Below are positions 63,991 through 64,000 of a stretch of 64,000 nt of DNA, one piece after another. The notes under the pieces were generated by a model that was given only the letters and a program-made list of their open reading frames with translations, was not told where the DNA came from and did no database searches. Position 1 is the stretch's first letter. Every line of letters begins with the position of its first letter. The DNA is from a virus (taxonomy: Duplodnaviria; Heunggongvirae; Uroviricota; Caudoviricetes). The position numbers and the translations under genes are program-made. The stretch is from positions 119,352 through 183,351 of IMG/VR virus record IMGVR_UViG_3300033146_005641. The stretch is one strand, 5' to 3'.

Positions 63991-64000
63991 TTTTAAGTCT
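63972..64000 (+). promoter_or_regulatory. next junction cassette (cut by window end)
   Basis: CCCTCAACATTTTATCTGATTTTAAGTCT at the window edge. Confidence 0.45.

Noticed and set aside
1-64000. Integrase, transposase, IS element or prophage boundary.
   Set aside because: No tyrosine or serine recombinase or DDE transposase motifs, no inverted terminal repeats and no attachment-site-like direct repeats were seen. The window looks like the internal part of a virulent phage genome.

Overview
This 64-kb window is AT-rich and reads as a segment of a large T4-like myovirus genome. As an unverified inference from memory, it resembles group II Campylobacter phages (CP220/CPt10-like): low GC, a T4-like core, many radical SAM genes and repeat regions. 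Core genes recognised by direct motif or sequence resemblance to T4 proteins are: the sliding clamp gp45; the ssDNA-binding protein gp32; RNase H; topoisomerase II subunits gp39 and gp52; a UvsW-like SF2 helicase; RNA ligase 1; a CCA-adding-type nucleotidyltransferase; the terminase large subunit; a GroES-like co-chaperonin; and tail-fibre proteins at the left edge. Between the core genes sit several accessory islands. (1) An ~11-kb sugar or aminoglycoside-like biosynthetic island (23.9-35.3 kb) carries four radical SAM-SPASM enzymes, an amidinotransferase-fold enzyme, a split compact transketolase, a DegT-like PLP enzyme, LmbE and NodB deacetylases, two SDR epimerases, a compact UDP-sugar dehydrogenase and a GT2 transferase. 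(2) A second cluster (43.5-48.6 kb) has three radical SAM-SPASM enzymes next to a protein with an extreme Cys-Asn repeat tail. Counting the viperin-like enzyme at 11.9 kb, the window holds eight radical SAM genes. (3) Arrays of paralogous genes encode 21-aa LTSLEGAP leucine-rich-type repeats (10.2, 50.3-53.0, 62.6-64.0 kb). They are embedded in a conserved ~70-bp junction cassette that recurs at least 15 times. The cassette supplies the last codons of the upstream ORF, giving unrelated proteins a common [FY]P[QYH][YHR]FI tail, and then a TATAAT plus TATATAAAG promoter, an RBS and the next ATG. One copy is a start-less mosaic fragment fused directly to the junction. (4) Seven proteins near the terminase share an N-terminal MxFKxLFxE motif that looks like a T4 capsid-targeting sequence. 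Smaller observations: a 50-aa stand-alone sigma-70 region-4.2-like protein, an orphan HicB-like protein, and an SPFH lipoprotein split by a frameshift in a T5 tract. There are also a Cys-free gp32 with hairpins upstream and a GC-richer ORF-free 314-bp segment with a tRNA T-arm-like element. No CRISPR array, integrase, transposase or reverse transcriptase was recognised.
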